A stretch of DNA of 59,633 nt from an uncultured Bacilli bacterium (GTDB lineage: Bacteria > Bacillota_I > Bacilli_A > RF39 > UBA660): assembly GCA_934096735.1 (NCBI GenBank), contig CAKOMS010000004.1, positions 1-59,633 on the forward strand. The letters run 5' to 3'. Position 1 is the first letter of the stretch. Every line of letters starts with the position of its first letter. The notes beneath the pieces are model-generated. The model saw only the letters and a program-made list of their open reading frames with translations, made no database searches and was not told the DNA's origin. The translations under genes and the position numbers were made by a program. Shown one piece after another: positions 1 to 10,726 of the stretch.

Positions 1-40
1 GAGTTTCACAACCCCCCCCCCGGAAGTCTATTTTTTTCAT
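1..40 (-). CDS. 5' end of unidentified CDS running off the window (MKKIDFRGGGCET...)
   Basis: ATG at 40..38 with GGAGG (rc of 50..54) 9 nt upstream; frame open to window edge; only 13 codons visible. Confidence 0.4.
   Translation of the reverse strand, partial: MKKIDFRGGGCET
12..21. repeat. C10 homopolymer (G10 on the coding strand) inside codons 7-10 of the partial CDS
   Basis: read directly: aaCCCCCCCCCCgg; the only long G/C run I saw in this AT-rich window. Confidence 0.95.
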
Positions 41-130
41 TCTTATCAACCTCCGAGTAAGTAAGTTTTTCCTCTTACTTATTTTCTATCTTTCTATAAA
101 TAGAATACTATAAATTTATAAATAATTCAA

Positions 131-161
131 TAAAAAAGAAACCTTTATTTCAAAGATTTCT
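131..161 (-). terminator. possible intrinsic terminator after dnaJ
   Basis: minus strand AGAAATC-11 nt loop-GGTTTCT (one G.U pair) followed by TTTTTAT; overlaps the dnaJ stop. Confidence 0.4.
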
Positions 162-1272
162 TATAGTCTTTAAATTCACTTTCATTTTCTAAATCAGTTG
201 AAGATAATTTAGTAAATAATTCTTTTTGTTCTTTAGTAAGTTTAGTAGGTATTATAATATTTACTACTACATACATATCTCCATAATTCTTACTATCAAC
301 ATTCTTTACACCCTTACCTTTTAATTTTAATTTAGTATAATTTTGAGTACCTGGTTTAATTTCAATATAACCATTACCAGTTAAAGTAGGAATTTCTTTC
401 TTACATCCTAGTACTGCATCAGTAACAGTAATTGGTACTTCAAGATAAATATCATCTCCATGTCTTTCAAAATATTTATGTTCTGCTACTACAAACTCTA
501 AATAAATATCTCCATTTTCTCCACCATTAGTACCAGCGCCACCTTTACCAGATAAACGAAGTCTATTACCATTATCAATACCTTCTGGAACATTTATAGT
601 AAGAGTTTTATTCTTAGTAACTTTACCAGTACCACTACAATATTTACATACTTCCTTAAATACTTTACCAGTGCCTTCACAAGTACTACAAACCTTTTGT
701 GTCTTAAACATACCAAACATAGTTCTTTGTGCTTCTTCTACTACTCCAGTTCCACCACAAGAAGAACATGTACTTTCTTGAAAACCACCTTTACCATTAC
801 AATGATCACAATTTTCAGTTACATCAATTTTTATATCCTTCTTACAACCCTTAACAGCTTCTTCAAAAGTAAGTTTAACTCTAAGAAGTAAATCATCTCC
901 TCTAGTTTTAGTACTTCTTCCTCTTCTTCCAAAACCAGATGTAAAAGATGAAGAAAAACCATGACCACCAAACATACTATCAAAGATATCTCCTAAATCT
1001 ATATCTCCAAAATCAAAACCTGAAGTCGAAGCATTTTGATAACCATTTGTAAAAGCATCATGCCCAAATTGATCATAATCTCTTCTTTTCTTCTCATCAG
1101 ATAAAACAGAATATGCTTCTCCTATTTCTTTAAATTTCTCACTAGCACCCTCTTCTTTATTTAAATCAGGATGATATTTTTTAGCAAGAACTCTAAAAGC
1201 TCTTTTTATCTCTTCTTGAGAAGCATCTTTTGATACTCCAAGTATTTCATAATAATCTCTTTTACTAGCCAT
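145..1272 (-). CDS. dnaJ: molecular chaperone DnaJ (Hsp40)
   Basis: J domain (DYYEILGV...HPD), G/F region, four CxxCxGxG zinc motifs ([32 protein letters not shown]). Confidence 0.97.
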   Translation of the reverse strand: MASKRDYYEILGVSKDASQEEIKRAFRVLAKKYHPDLNKEEGASEKFKEIGEAYSVLSDEKKRRDYDQFGHDAFTNGYQNASTSGFDFGDIDLGDIFDSMFGGHGFSSSFTSGFGRRGRSTKTRGDDLLLRVKLTFEEAVKGCKKDIKIDVTENCDHCNGKGGFQESTCSSCGGTGVVEEAQRTMFGMFKTQKVCSTCEGTGKVFKEVCKYCSGTGKVTKNKTLTINVPEGIDNGNRLRLSGKGGAGTNGGENGDIYLEFVVAEHKYFERHGDDIYLEVPITVTDAVLGCKKEIPTLTGNGYIEIKPGTQNYTKLKLKGKGVKNVDSKNYGDMYVVVNIIIPTKLTKEQKELFTKLSSTDLENESEFKDYKKSLK

Positions 1273-1282
1273 ATTATTACTC

Positions 1283-3070
1283 CTAACTATTATATATTTT
1301 TATAAAACTATCTAATAAATTATCAAAACATTTAATAGCATTTAAATATACATCAGTACTTTCTATATCAATACCTAATATTTTAAATGCCTCTATTGGA
1401 TATACATTACTTCCTAAACTTAAGAATTTAATATAATTATCAATTACTTCTTTATTATTATTAAATATTTCATCAGATACTACTAAAGCAATACTTATAC
1501 ATATCGCATAACTATATAAATAAAAATTCATATAATAATGACTTCTACTTACATAACTAAGTCCAGAATATTTATTAAGCTTAACACTATCACCATAATA
1601 AGTCTTTAAAGAATCTTTAGTAAGTTTTTCTAAATACTCTTTAGTAAGAACATTACCATTTAAATTATATTCATAAAAATCTTGTTCCATCTTTCCTTCT
1701 CTAACAGCACCAAAAAGATTAGAAACAACAACATCAATTAAATTATTAATTCCCATTAATTTTTCTTCTTTTGTCTTACCATTTTTCTCTAAATATTTAC
1801 TTAAAAGACATTCATTAGTTAAACTAGCAACTTCACTAACTAAACTAGATACTCCCCTATAATGTAATAAATTATTATTACTTACATATTGATGATGTAT
1901 ATTATGACCACACTCATGAATAATAGTAGATACACTATCTAAACTACCATTAAAACTCATAAGTATTCTAGAATCATGATCCATTGTACTAAAAGAATAA
2001 CCACCACTACATTTTCCTTTATATCCACAATAATCTATATATCTATTATCTATTATTTTATCAAATCTTTTAATATAATCTTCTCCAAGTACTAATAAAC
2101 TCTTTCTAATAATTTGATTAGCCTCTTCAATACTATATTCTTTCTTTGAATTAACAAGTTCTAATTTAGTATCATAATCGTATAATACATCTTTCTTAAG
2201 AATATCTTTCTTTAAATTATAATATTTTTGTAATACTTTAGTACCACTCAACGTACCTTTAACTAAACTTTCATATACTTTATCAGTTAAATTCAAATGA
2301 AACAATTTTTCATCCCAACTACTTTTAAAATTTCTAATAATAGAAGTTTTATTATTAGCACTAACATAACTATTCAAAAGCATACTATTGGTTTTACTAT
2401 ACTCATTAATTTTTTTCCAAAACTTATTATAAACATTCTTTCTTACTAATTCATTTGTATTTTTCATAAGATGTCTATAATTATTTGTAGTTATTTGTAC
2501 ATTTTTACCATCTATTAAAACCTTACCATAATTATGTTCATTATTAAGTATATTAGATGACATATCATCAAAATGATCCATTGCAAGTGTTAACTCAGTA
2601 ATAATATTTTCTTCTCTTTCACTTAAAACATGTCCTTTATTTCTATAAACTCTCTCAAGCATTACTTTATAATCACTTAATAAATTACTTTCAAATAATT
2701 TATCATACTCACTTTTACTAAACTCTAATAACTCAGTATCAAAATAACTAGTATTTAAACTTAACACTCCTGCTAATTTTTCTACTTTATCTTTTCTTTC
2801 AATACTTTCTTTATTACCTAGTTCTTCATCATTTTTCAAGTGTGCAAAAACATACAAATTTTCAAGTAATCTTTCACTCTCAAAATATTTATTTAAAAAT
2901 TCCTTCATAACTACTGGATCTTTTAATTTGTTTTTGTACTTGGGTAGTTCACTAATAATCTTTTTAGCACTTAAGTAACTATCATTAAATTCTTCTTCAT
3001 TCTTAAAAAAATCACTTAAATCCCATTTATATTTTGTAGGAACTTCACTTCTATTTTTATATTCTTTCAT
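1283..3070 (-). CDS. pepF: oligoendopeptidase F, M3B family
   Basis: 595 aa; HExxH zinc site ([11 protein letters not shown]); length and overall pattern typical of PepF. Confidence 0.88.
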   Translation of the reverse strand: MKEYKNRSEVPTKYKWDLSDFFKNEEEFNDSYLSAKKIISELPKYKNKLKDPVVMKEFLNKYFESERLLENLYVFAHLKNDEELGNKESIERKDKVEKLAGVLSLNTSYFDTELLEFSKSEYDKLFESNLLSDYKVMLERVYRNKGHVLSEREENIITELTLAMDHFDDMSSNILNNEHNYGKVLIDGKNVQITTNNYRHLMKNTNELVRKNVYNKFWKKINEYSKTNSMLLNSYVSANNKTSIIRNFKSSWDEKLFHLNLTDKVYESLVKGTLSGTKVLQKYYNLKKDILKKDVLYDYDTKLELVNSKKEYSIEEANQIIRKSLLVLGEDYIKRFDKIIDNRYIDYCGYKGKCSGGYSFSTMDHDSRILMSFNGSLDSVSTIIHECGHNIHHQYVSNNNLLHYRGVSSLVSEVASLTNECLLSKYLEKNGKTKEEKLMGINNLIDVVVSNLFGAVREGKMEQDFYEYNLNGNVLTKEYLEKLTKDSLKTYYGDSVKLNKYSGLSYVSRSHYYMNFYLYSYAICISIALVVSDEIFNNNKEVIDNYIKFLSLGSNVYPIEAFKILGIDIESTDVYLNAIKCFDNLLDSFIKIYNS

Positions 3071-3093
3071 ATATACCCTTTCATAAACATTGT

Positions 3094-3120
3094 AAGAGTT
3101 CTAGTTATCCTAGAACTCTT
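3094..3120 (-). terminator. perfect 11-bp stem-loop between dnaK and pepF (partial terminator or mRNA stabiliser)
   Basis: AAGAGTTCTAG-5 nt loop-CTAGAACTCTT; only a weak U-tract on the minus strand. Confidence 0.45.
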
Positions 3121-3140
3121 ATAATTAAAATTTTATTAAA

Positions 3141-4973
<1,833 letters not shown>

Positions 4974-5001
4974 TCATCCTTTCTTATATATAAGAGTAAT
5001 A

Positions 5002-5532
5002 TTATTCACTTACTTTAACCATTGCTGGTCTTATTACTTTATCATTATATTTATATCCTTTTTGTAATACTGCACTAACCTTATTTGCAGGTAATCCTTC
5101 AACATGTTCCATAAGTACAGCATTCATTGAGTTAGGATCAAACTCTTCATGTAAACAAGATATTTCTTCAACACCAAGTTCACTTAAATTATTTTTTAAA
5201 TCATTGTATATTAAGATAAAACCATTTAAGAATCTTGATACTTCATCATCCTTATTATCATCATCCATACTAATTGCTCTTTCAAAATTATCTAATGTCA
5301 CAAGCAATTTTTTTATAAGGCCTTCTCCTTCATAACGATAAATTTTACTAATTTCATCATCATGTCTTTTTTTAATATTAGCCATCTCTGCACTAATTCT
5401 TAAAATCTTATCATTCAAAACTGCATTTTCATTTTTTAATTTTTCAATTTCAGTATTTGCATTATGTTTATGTTTTTTATTATTTTTATTATTCTTTTCA
5501 CTATTATTTTTATTAATATTTTCTTCTTCCAT
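5002..5532 (-). CDS. grpE: nucleotide exchange factor GrpE
   Basis: 176 aa, coiled-coil N-terminus plus GrpE C-terminal beta domain (GYKYNDKVIRPAMVKV); position between hrcA and dnaK. Confidence 0.93.
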   Translation of the reverse strand: MEEENINKNNSEKNNKNNKKHKHNANTEIEKLKNENAVLNDKILRISAEMANIKKRHDDEISKIYRYEGEGLIKKLLVTLDNFERAISMDDDNKDDEVSRFLNGFILIYNDLKNNLSELGVEEISCLHEEFDPNSMNAVLMEHVEGLPANKVSAVLQKGYKYNDKVIRPAMVKVSE

Positions 5533-6533
5533 TATTTTCCCTCTATTTCATTAACCATGTAATTTAAAAGCGATACAACTCTTTCATATTCCATTCTTTT
5601 TGGTCCAATTATAGCAATAGTACCTTCTTCACCATTACACTTATAATTTTTCTTAATAACTGTTACATTATCATCAAAATTAGAATCTTTTCCAATATAA
5701 ATTTTTATATCATCTCCGCCATCAATATCATCAATCATTTTTTTAAATGATTCATCTTCTAGTTTAGATGCTATTCTTTTAATATCTTCTGTATTATCAT
5801 ACTCTGGTTCTTTAAGCAAATTAACTCTTCCAGAAACATGAATATTAGTATTATTATTTATAAAATCACTAAATGCATTATAGAAGATATTATATACTGC
5901 TTCATAATTTTTAATTTTACTAGCAATAATAGGTTTAATTTCTAACTCTAATCTTTCTGATACTTTATTAATAGGTGTTCCATATAACATTTTATTGATT
6001 ACTTCAGCACTTTTTATAACTTCTTCAACATTAGTATTTAAAGGAAGCTCAAATTGCTTATTTTCAACAACACCTTTATCAGTAGTAACTATTGCAACAA
6101 CTCTATTATCATCTAAATCAATTATATTAACTTGTCTAAGTAAATTATCATAACTATTCTTTCCAAGCATTACACTAGTATAATTAGTTATATCACTAAT
6201 AATTTCCAAACACTTTTGTACTGCATCACTTATAACTAAATCTTTATTAGAAAATATAGTTTGAAGTTTAAGCATATCTTCACTAGTTAAATCTTTAGGT
6301 TCCATTAAATTTTCTACATAATATCTATACCCTTTTTCACTAGGTATTCTACCACTAGAAATATGATTTTTTTCAATATAGCCCATACTTTCTAATATAG
6401 CCATTTCATTTCTAATAGTAGCACTAGAACATTTTAATTTCTTACACAAAGATTTACTACCAACTGGTTTAACAGTCTTTACATAATTTTCAACTATTTC
6501 TTTAAGTAATGATTTTTTTCTCTCATCTAACAA
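5532..6533 (-). CDS. hrcA: heat-inducible transcription repressor HrcA (start re-called to TTG at 6533)
   Basis: (M)LDERKKSLLKEIVENYV...PVGSKSL...SSATIRNEMA..LE..GYIEK.H.SSGRIPSEKGYRYYV matches the HrcA N-terminus. AAGGTGA RBS lies 5 nt upstream of the TTG. The longer tracked ORF would read through both CIRCE operators. Confidence 0.9.
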   Translation of the reverse strand: MLDERKKSLLKEIVENYVKTVKPVGSKSLCKKLKCSSATIRNEMAILESMGYIEKNHISSGRIPSEKGYRYYVENLMEPKDLTSEDMLKLQTIFSNKDLVISDAVQKCLEIISDITNYTSVMLGKNSYDNLLRQVNIIDLDDNRVVAIVTTDKGVVENKQFELPLNTNVEEVIKSAEVINKMLYGTPINKVSERLELEIKPIIASKIKNYEAVYNIFYNAFSDFINNNTNIHVSGRVNLLKEPEYDNTEDIKRIASKLEDESFKKMIDDIDGGDDIKIYIGKDSNFDDNVTVIKKNYKCNGEEGTIAIIGPKRMEYERVVSLLNYMVNEIEGK

Positions 6534-6551
6534 TGATATCACCTTACTTCT

Positions 6552-6578
6552 ATAGCACTCAATTTTCTTGATTGCTAA
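6552..6578. promoter_or_regulatory. CIRCE operator copy 2 (aTAGCACTC-N9-GAtTGCTAA)
   Basis: 7/9 + 8/9 match to TTAGCACTC-N9-GAGTGCTAA with canonical 9-nt spacer, just upstream of the hrcA RBS. Confidence 0.75.
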
Positions 6579-6597
6579 TACCATTATAATATTATGT

Positions 6598-6625
6598 TTA
6601 GCACTTGTCAAGTTATGAGTGCTAA
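6598..6625. promoter_or_regulatory. CIRCE operator copy 1 (TTAGCACTt-N10-GAGTGCTAA)
   Basis: near-perfect CIRCE arms; spacer is one nt longer than canonical; a TAAAAT -10-like box lies about 11 nt upstream on the minus strand. Confidence 0.8.
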
Positions 6626-6674
6626 TTTCACAAATTTTACACAAAATAAAAAAATTAAAGATTTCTCTTCAATT

Positions 6675-7598
6675 TTACATTACTTCAGGCTTCTTAATTT
6701 TCTTATCAAGTTTTAATTTACGAACCAAATCTTTTGAAATTAAACTAGCGTTTTGTCTAGAAATATTATATTTTTTTCCAAGACTTTCATAAGTTTGAAC
6801 CTCTCCATCAGTAAAACCAAATCTATCATGTAAAAGTCCTATATTTAAATCTGTTTCAAGCACCTCATCTACACTACTCATAAAGTTTTCAAGCATTACT
6901 TTATCAATAACGACATCTTCCGGATCAATTGTAACTCTATCGATTGTTTCAGTAGTAATCTCTTCTTTTCCAAAAGCTAAAAGCTTTGCAAATACAGATA
7001 TCTTTCTTCTTAAATTATAAATATTAGTATCCCTATTAAAATTCATTCTTCTAGCCATTAATTCAAAAAATTGAATTAGTTCATCAAAAAATTCTTCAGG
7101 CATAACACACTTACCTTTAATATCAACAACCATTAAAAAGTCAGCATAAGTAAATGTTTCACCACATTTTAAATAATCTAAATAACTAATAAATAAATCA
7201 GCAAACAAAGTACTATTAATTCCATACTTTTCTCCCATTCTTACATCTTTTCCAGTAATTCTAAATATTACATCATTTATAAAAGTATCAGAAAATAATT
7301 CTCCATAATCAAGTGCTTTATAAAAAGTTCCTTCTTGTATTCTTTCAATCCAAACTTCCCAAAAAGAATTAATAACATCATCCATATCAAAAATTCCGTT
7401 TTCTTTAAATAAAAACCTATTTTTTCTAATATATCTAAATACTATATGAGAAGACCCAAATATAACATTATCCATAATTTCTTTTTTCTTCTTCTCATCA
7501 TTCTCTTGTGCCCATTCCCACAAAAGTTCTTGAGCCTCCATAATGGTTAATTTAGAATAAGTACTAAGTACTTTCTCCATTTGTTCAATTTTTTCCAT
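6675..7598 (-). CDS. divergent sigma-70-family-like protein (putative alternative sigma factor)
   Basis: C-terminal HTH resembling sigma region 4 (YESLGKKYNISRQNASLISKDLVRKLK). Start re-called to the ATG at 7598 with GGGGGA RBS. The N-terminal two-thirds are only vaguely region-2-like. Confidence 0.4.
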   Translation of the reverse strand: MEKIEQMEKVLSTYSKLTIMEAQELLWEWAQENDEKKKKEIMDNVIFGSSHIVFRYIRKNRFLFKENGIFDMDDVINSFWEVWIERIQEGTFYKALDYGELFSDTFINDVIFRITGKDVRMGEKYGINSTLFADLFISYLDYLKCGETFTYADFLMVVDIKGKCVMPEEFFDELIQFFELMARRMNFNRDTNIYNLRRKISVFAKLLAFGKEEITTETIDRVTIDPEDVVIDKVMLENFMSSVDEVLETDLNIGLLHDRFGFTDGEVQTYESLGKKYNISRQNASLISKDLVRKLKLDKKIKKPEVM

Positions 7599-7627
7599 AC
7601 TATCCCCCAACAATAAAATTTTACTAT

Positions 7628-7656
7628 ATTATACACTATTAACTTATCTATGTAAA
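7628..7656 (-). promoter_or_regulatory. sigma-A-type promoter TTTACA-17-TATAAT upstream of the sigma-like gene
   Basis: -35 rc of 7651..7656, -10 rc of 7628..7633, 17-nt spacer. Confidence 0.5.
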
Positions 7657-7662
7657 TATATG

Positions 7663-7688
7663 TAAAAAAGCACTATAAAAATGCTTTT
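7663..7688 (-). terminator. weak intrinsic terminator after mraY
   Basis: AAAAGCA-9 nt loop-TGCTTTT followed by extra Ts on the minus strand; AT-rich stem. Confidence 0.4.
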
Positions 7689-7695
7689 AAATTAA

Positions 7696-8688
<993 letters not shown>

Positions 8689-8776
8689 AAAATCACCTTC
8701 TCAATCTAAATTATACACTAAATACAATAACTTTTTTATTAACTAACATAATATTTGACAAATTTTTACATCATTA

Positions 8777-10690
8777 TTAATTTAACATAAGAGTAATTGT
8801 AGTCTCAACACTTTGAAAACTATTAGCTTTAGGACTCATATATATAACAGTATCTCCACTACCACTATATTTAACTTTAAAATCTTTTAAAGTCTTAGTA
8901 GCATCTTCTTTGCTCATGCCAATTACATTTGGTACTTCCATATATTTAACATCTAAATAACTATATTCTTTAATCATACCACCATCAGTCTCAGGTATTT
9001 TTAAAGTTTCAATTAAAGAAAGCATTATACTTCTAGCAATTGGAGCAGAAACAGTTCCACCATATTGTGTTACCCCTTTAGGATTATCTATAGCAACATA
9101 AACTACACCCTTAGGATTATCAGCAGGTAAAAATCCAATAAATGAAAGTATATAATTACCAACCATATATTTTCCATCACTTACCTTTTGGGCAGTACCA
9201 GTCTTACCACCAACTCTATAATTTTCTATATAAGCATTTCTTCCAGTACCATTAGATACAACACTTTCAAGAGCAAATCTAACAAGTTTACTAGTATTTT
9301 CACTTATAACTCTTCTTTTAGTAACAGTCTTTTTCTCAAGCAAAATAGATTCACTACTAGGATCAATTATTCTTTTAACTACATAAGGAGTATTTAAAAA
9401 TCCTCCATTAATTGCCGCAGAAACTGCTACTACTTGTTGAATTGGAGTAACACTTATACCTTGACCAAATGCTGTAGTAGCAGTTTCTACTGGACCCATA
9501 TTACTAGTTTTAAATAAAATACCATTACCTTCACCATTTAAATCAATTCCAGTTTTAGTTCCAAATCCAAAATCTCTTATATGTTTCATTAATTTTTCAG
9601 TTCCAAGTCTTTGACCTAACGTAACAAAACCAGGATTGCAAGAATTCTCAACGACTTCTAAATAAGTTTGAACACCATGACCACCATGTTTCCAACAATG
9701 AAGTGTTGAACCATCTACATTTATACTACCTCCATCAGTAAACTGATCTTTAAATATATCAACAACATTTTCTTCAATACTACTAGCAAGTGTAATAATT
9801 TTAAAAGTAGACCCAGGTTCATAAGTCATCCATATAGGTAAATTTCTATTAATAACTTCTTCGCTATAATCTTGATAATTATCCGGATCAAATGATGGTT
9901 TACTAGAAATACCTAAAATTTCTTCAGTAGATGGTTCCATTACAATAGCAAGAGCATGATCTGCATCATATTTTTTAGTAGCCTTATTAAGTTCATTATC
10001 AATAGATTTCATTACTTCAATATCTATTGTTAATTCTAAAGTAAGACCCTTAGTGGGAGCAACATAACTATCTGGTACTTCAAGTTTATTACCTTTTCCA
10101 TCACTATAATATTTTAATTCTCCATTATTTCCTTTTAAATAATCATCATAAGTAAGTTCTAATCCAGAAAGACCTTGATTATCACTTCCAACAAACCCAA
10201 TTATATGACTAAGCATATCTTTATAAGGATAATATCTTTTTGAATCAACTACCAAATATACTCCATCATAACCAAGTGCATCAATTTTATCTGCCACACT
10301 ACTATCTAAATCCATTCCTTTTCTTATTATTTCCATACTACTATTTTTAGATACATATTTATAAACATCATCATAATTACAATTAAGTATTTTGCTAATA
10401 TCTTCACTTACTTTTTCTTTATCTTTAATTTGATTAGGAACAACATAAACAGTAGTAGTAACTACACTTGTAGCAAGAACTACTCCATTTCTATCCACAA
10501 TATCTCCCCTTGGAGCATTAATAGTCATCTTTCTACTCCATAAATCCTCAGTTAATTTAGAAAGCTTATTATAAGAAAAAACTTGTATATAAAAAACCTT
10601 ACCAATAATTAATATTAAAGCTATAACTACTACTAAAAAAACTACTCTTATTCTAAAATGTTTATCATAAAAAAACATAGCATTCACCAA
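8777..10690 (-). CDS. spoVD: class B penicillin-binding protein with one C-terminal PASTA domain (SpoVD-like)
   Basis: N-terminal TM; SxxK (STFK), KTGT (GGKTGTAQ); single PASTA (VPNVIGMSKEDATKTL). Size and architecture match B. subtilis SpoVD; the symbol is inferred. Confidence 0.85.
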   Translation of the reverse strand: MVNAMFFYDKHFRIRVVFLVVVIALILIIGKVFYIQVFSYNKLSKLTEDLWSRKMTINAPRGDIVDRNGVVLATSVVTTTVYVVPNQIKDKEKVSEDISKILNCNYDDVYKYVSKNSSMEIIRKGMDLDSSVADKIDALGYDGVYLVVDSKRYYPYKDMLSHIIGFVGSDNQGLSGLELTYDDYLKGNNGELKYYSDGKGNKLEVPDSYVAPTKGLTLELTIDIEVMKSIDNELNKATKKYDADHALAIVMEPSTEEILGISSKPSFDPDNYQDYSEEVINRNLPIWMTYEPGSTFKIITLASSIEENVVDIFKDQFTDGGSINVDGSTLHCWKHGGHGVQTYLEVVENSCNPGFVTLGQRLGTEKLMKHIRDFGFGTKTGIDLNGEGNGILFKTSNMGPVETATTAFGQGISVTPIQQVVAVSAAINGGFLNTPYVVKRIIDPSSESILLEKKTVTKRRVISENTSKLVRFALESVVSNGTGRNAYIENYRVGGKTGTAQKVSDGKYMVGNYILSFIGFLPADNPKGVVYVAIDNPKGVTQYGGTVSAPIARSIMLSLIETLKIPETDGGMIKEYSYLDVKYMEVPNVIGMSKEDATKTLKDFKVKYSGSGDTVIYMSPKANSFQSVETTITLMLN

Positions 10691-10726
10691 TAAATACTAT
10701 GTTTTAAATCTTAAAAATATATTATC

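Noticed and set aside
61-95. Hairpin AGTAAG...CTTACT upstream of the partial CDS
   Set aside because: On the minus (transcribed) strand it lacks a U-tract and sits between the putative promoter region and the RBS. The evidence is insufficient for a terminator or riboswitch.
6626-6674. Promoter for the hrcA operon (TTGAAG ... TAAAAT)
   Set aside because: The hexamers are present but the spacing is wrong (27 nt), and the alternative -35 boxes are poor. The promoter call is left open, and read-through from the upstream sigma-like gene is possible.
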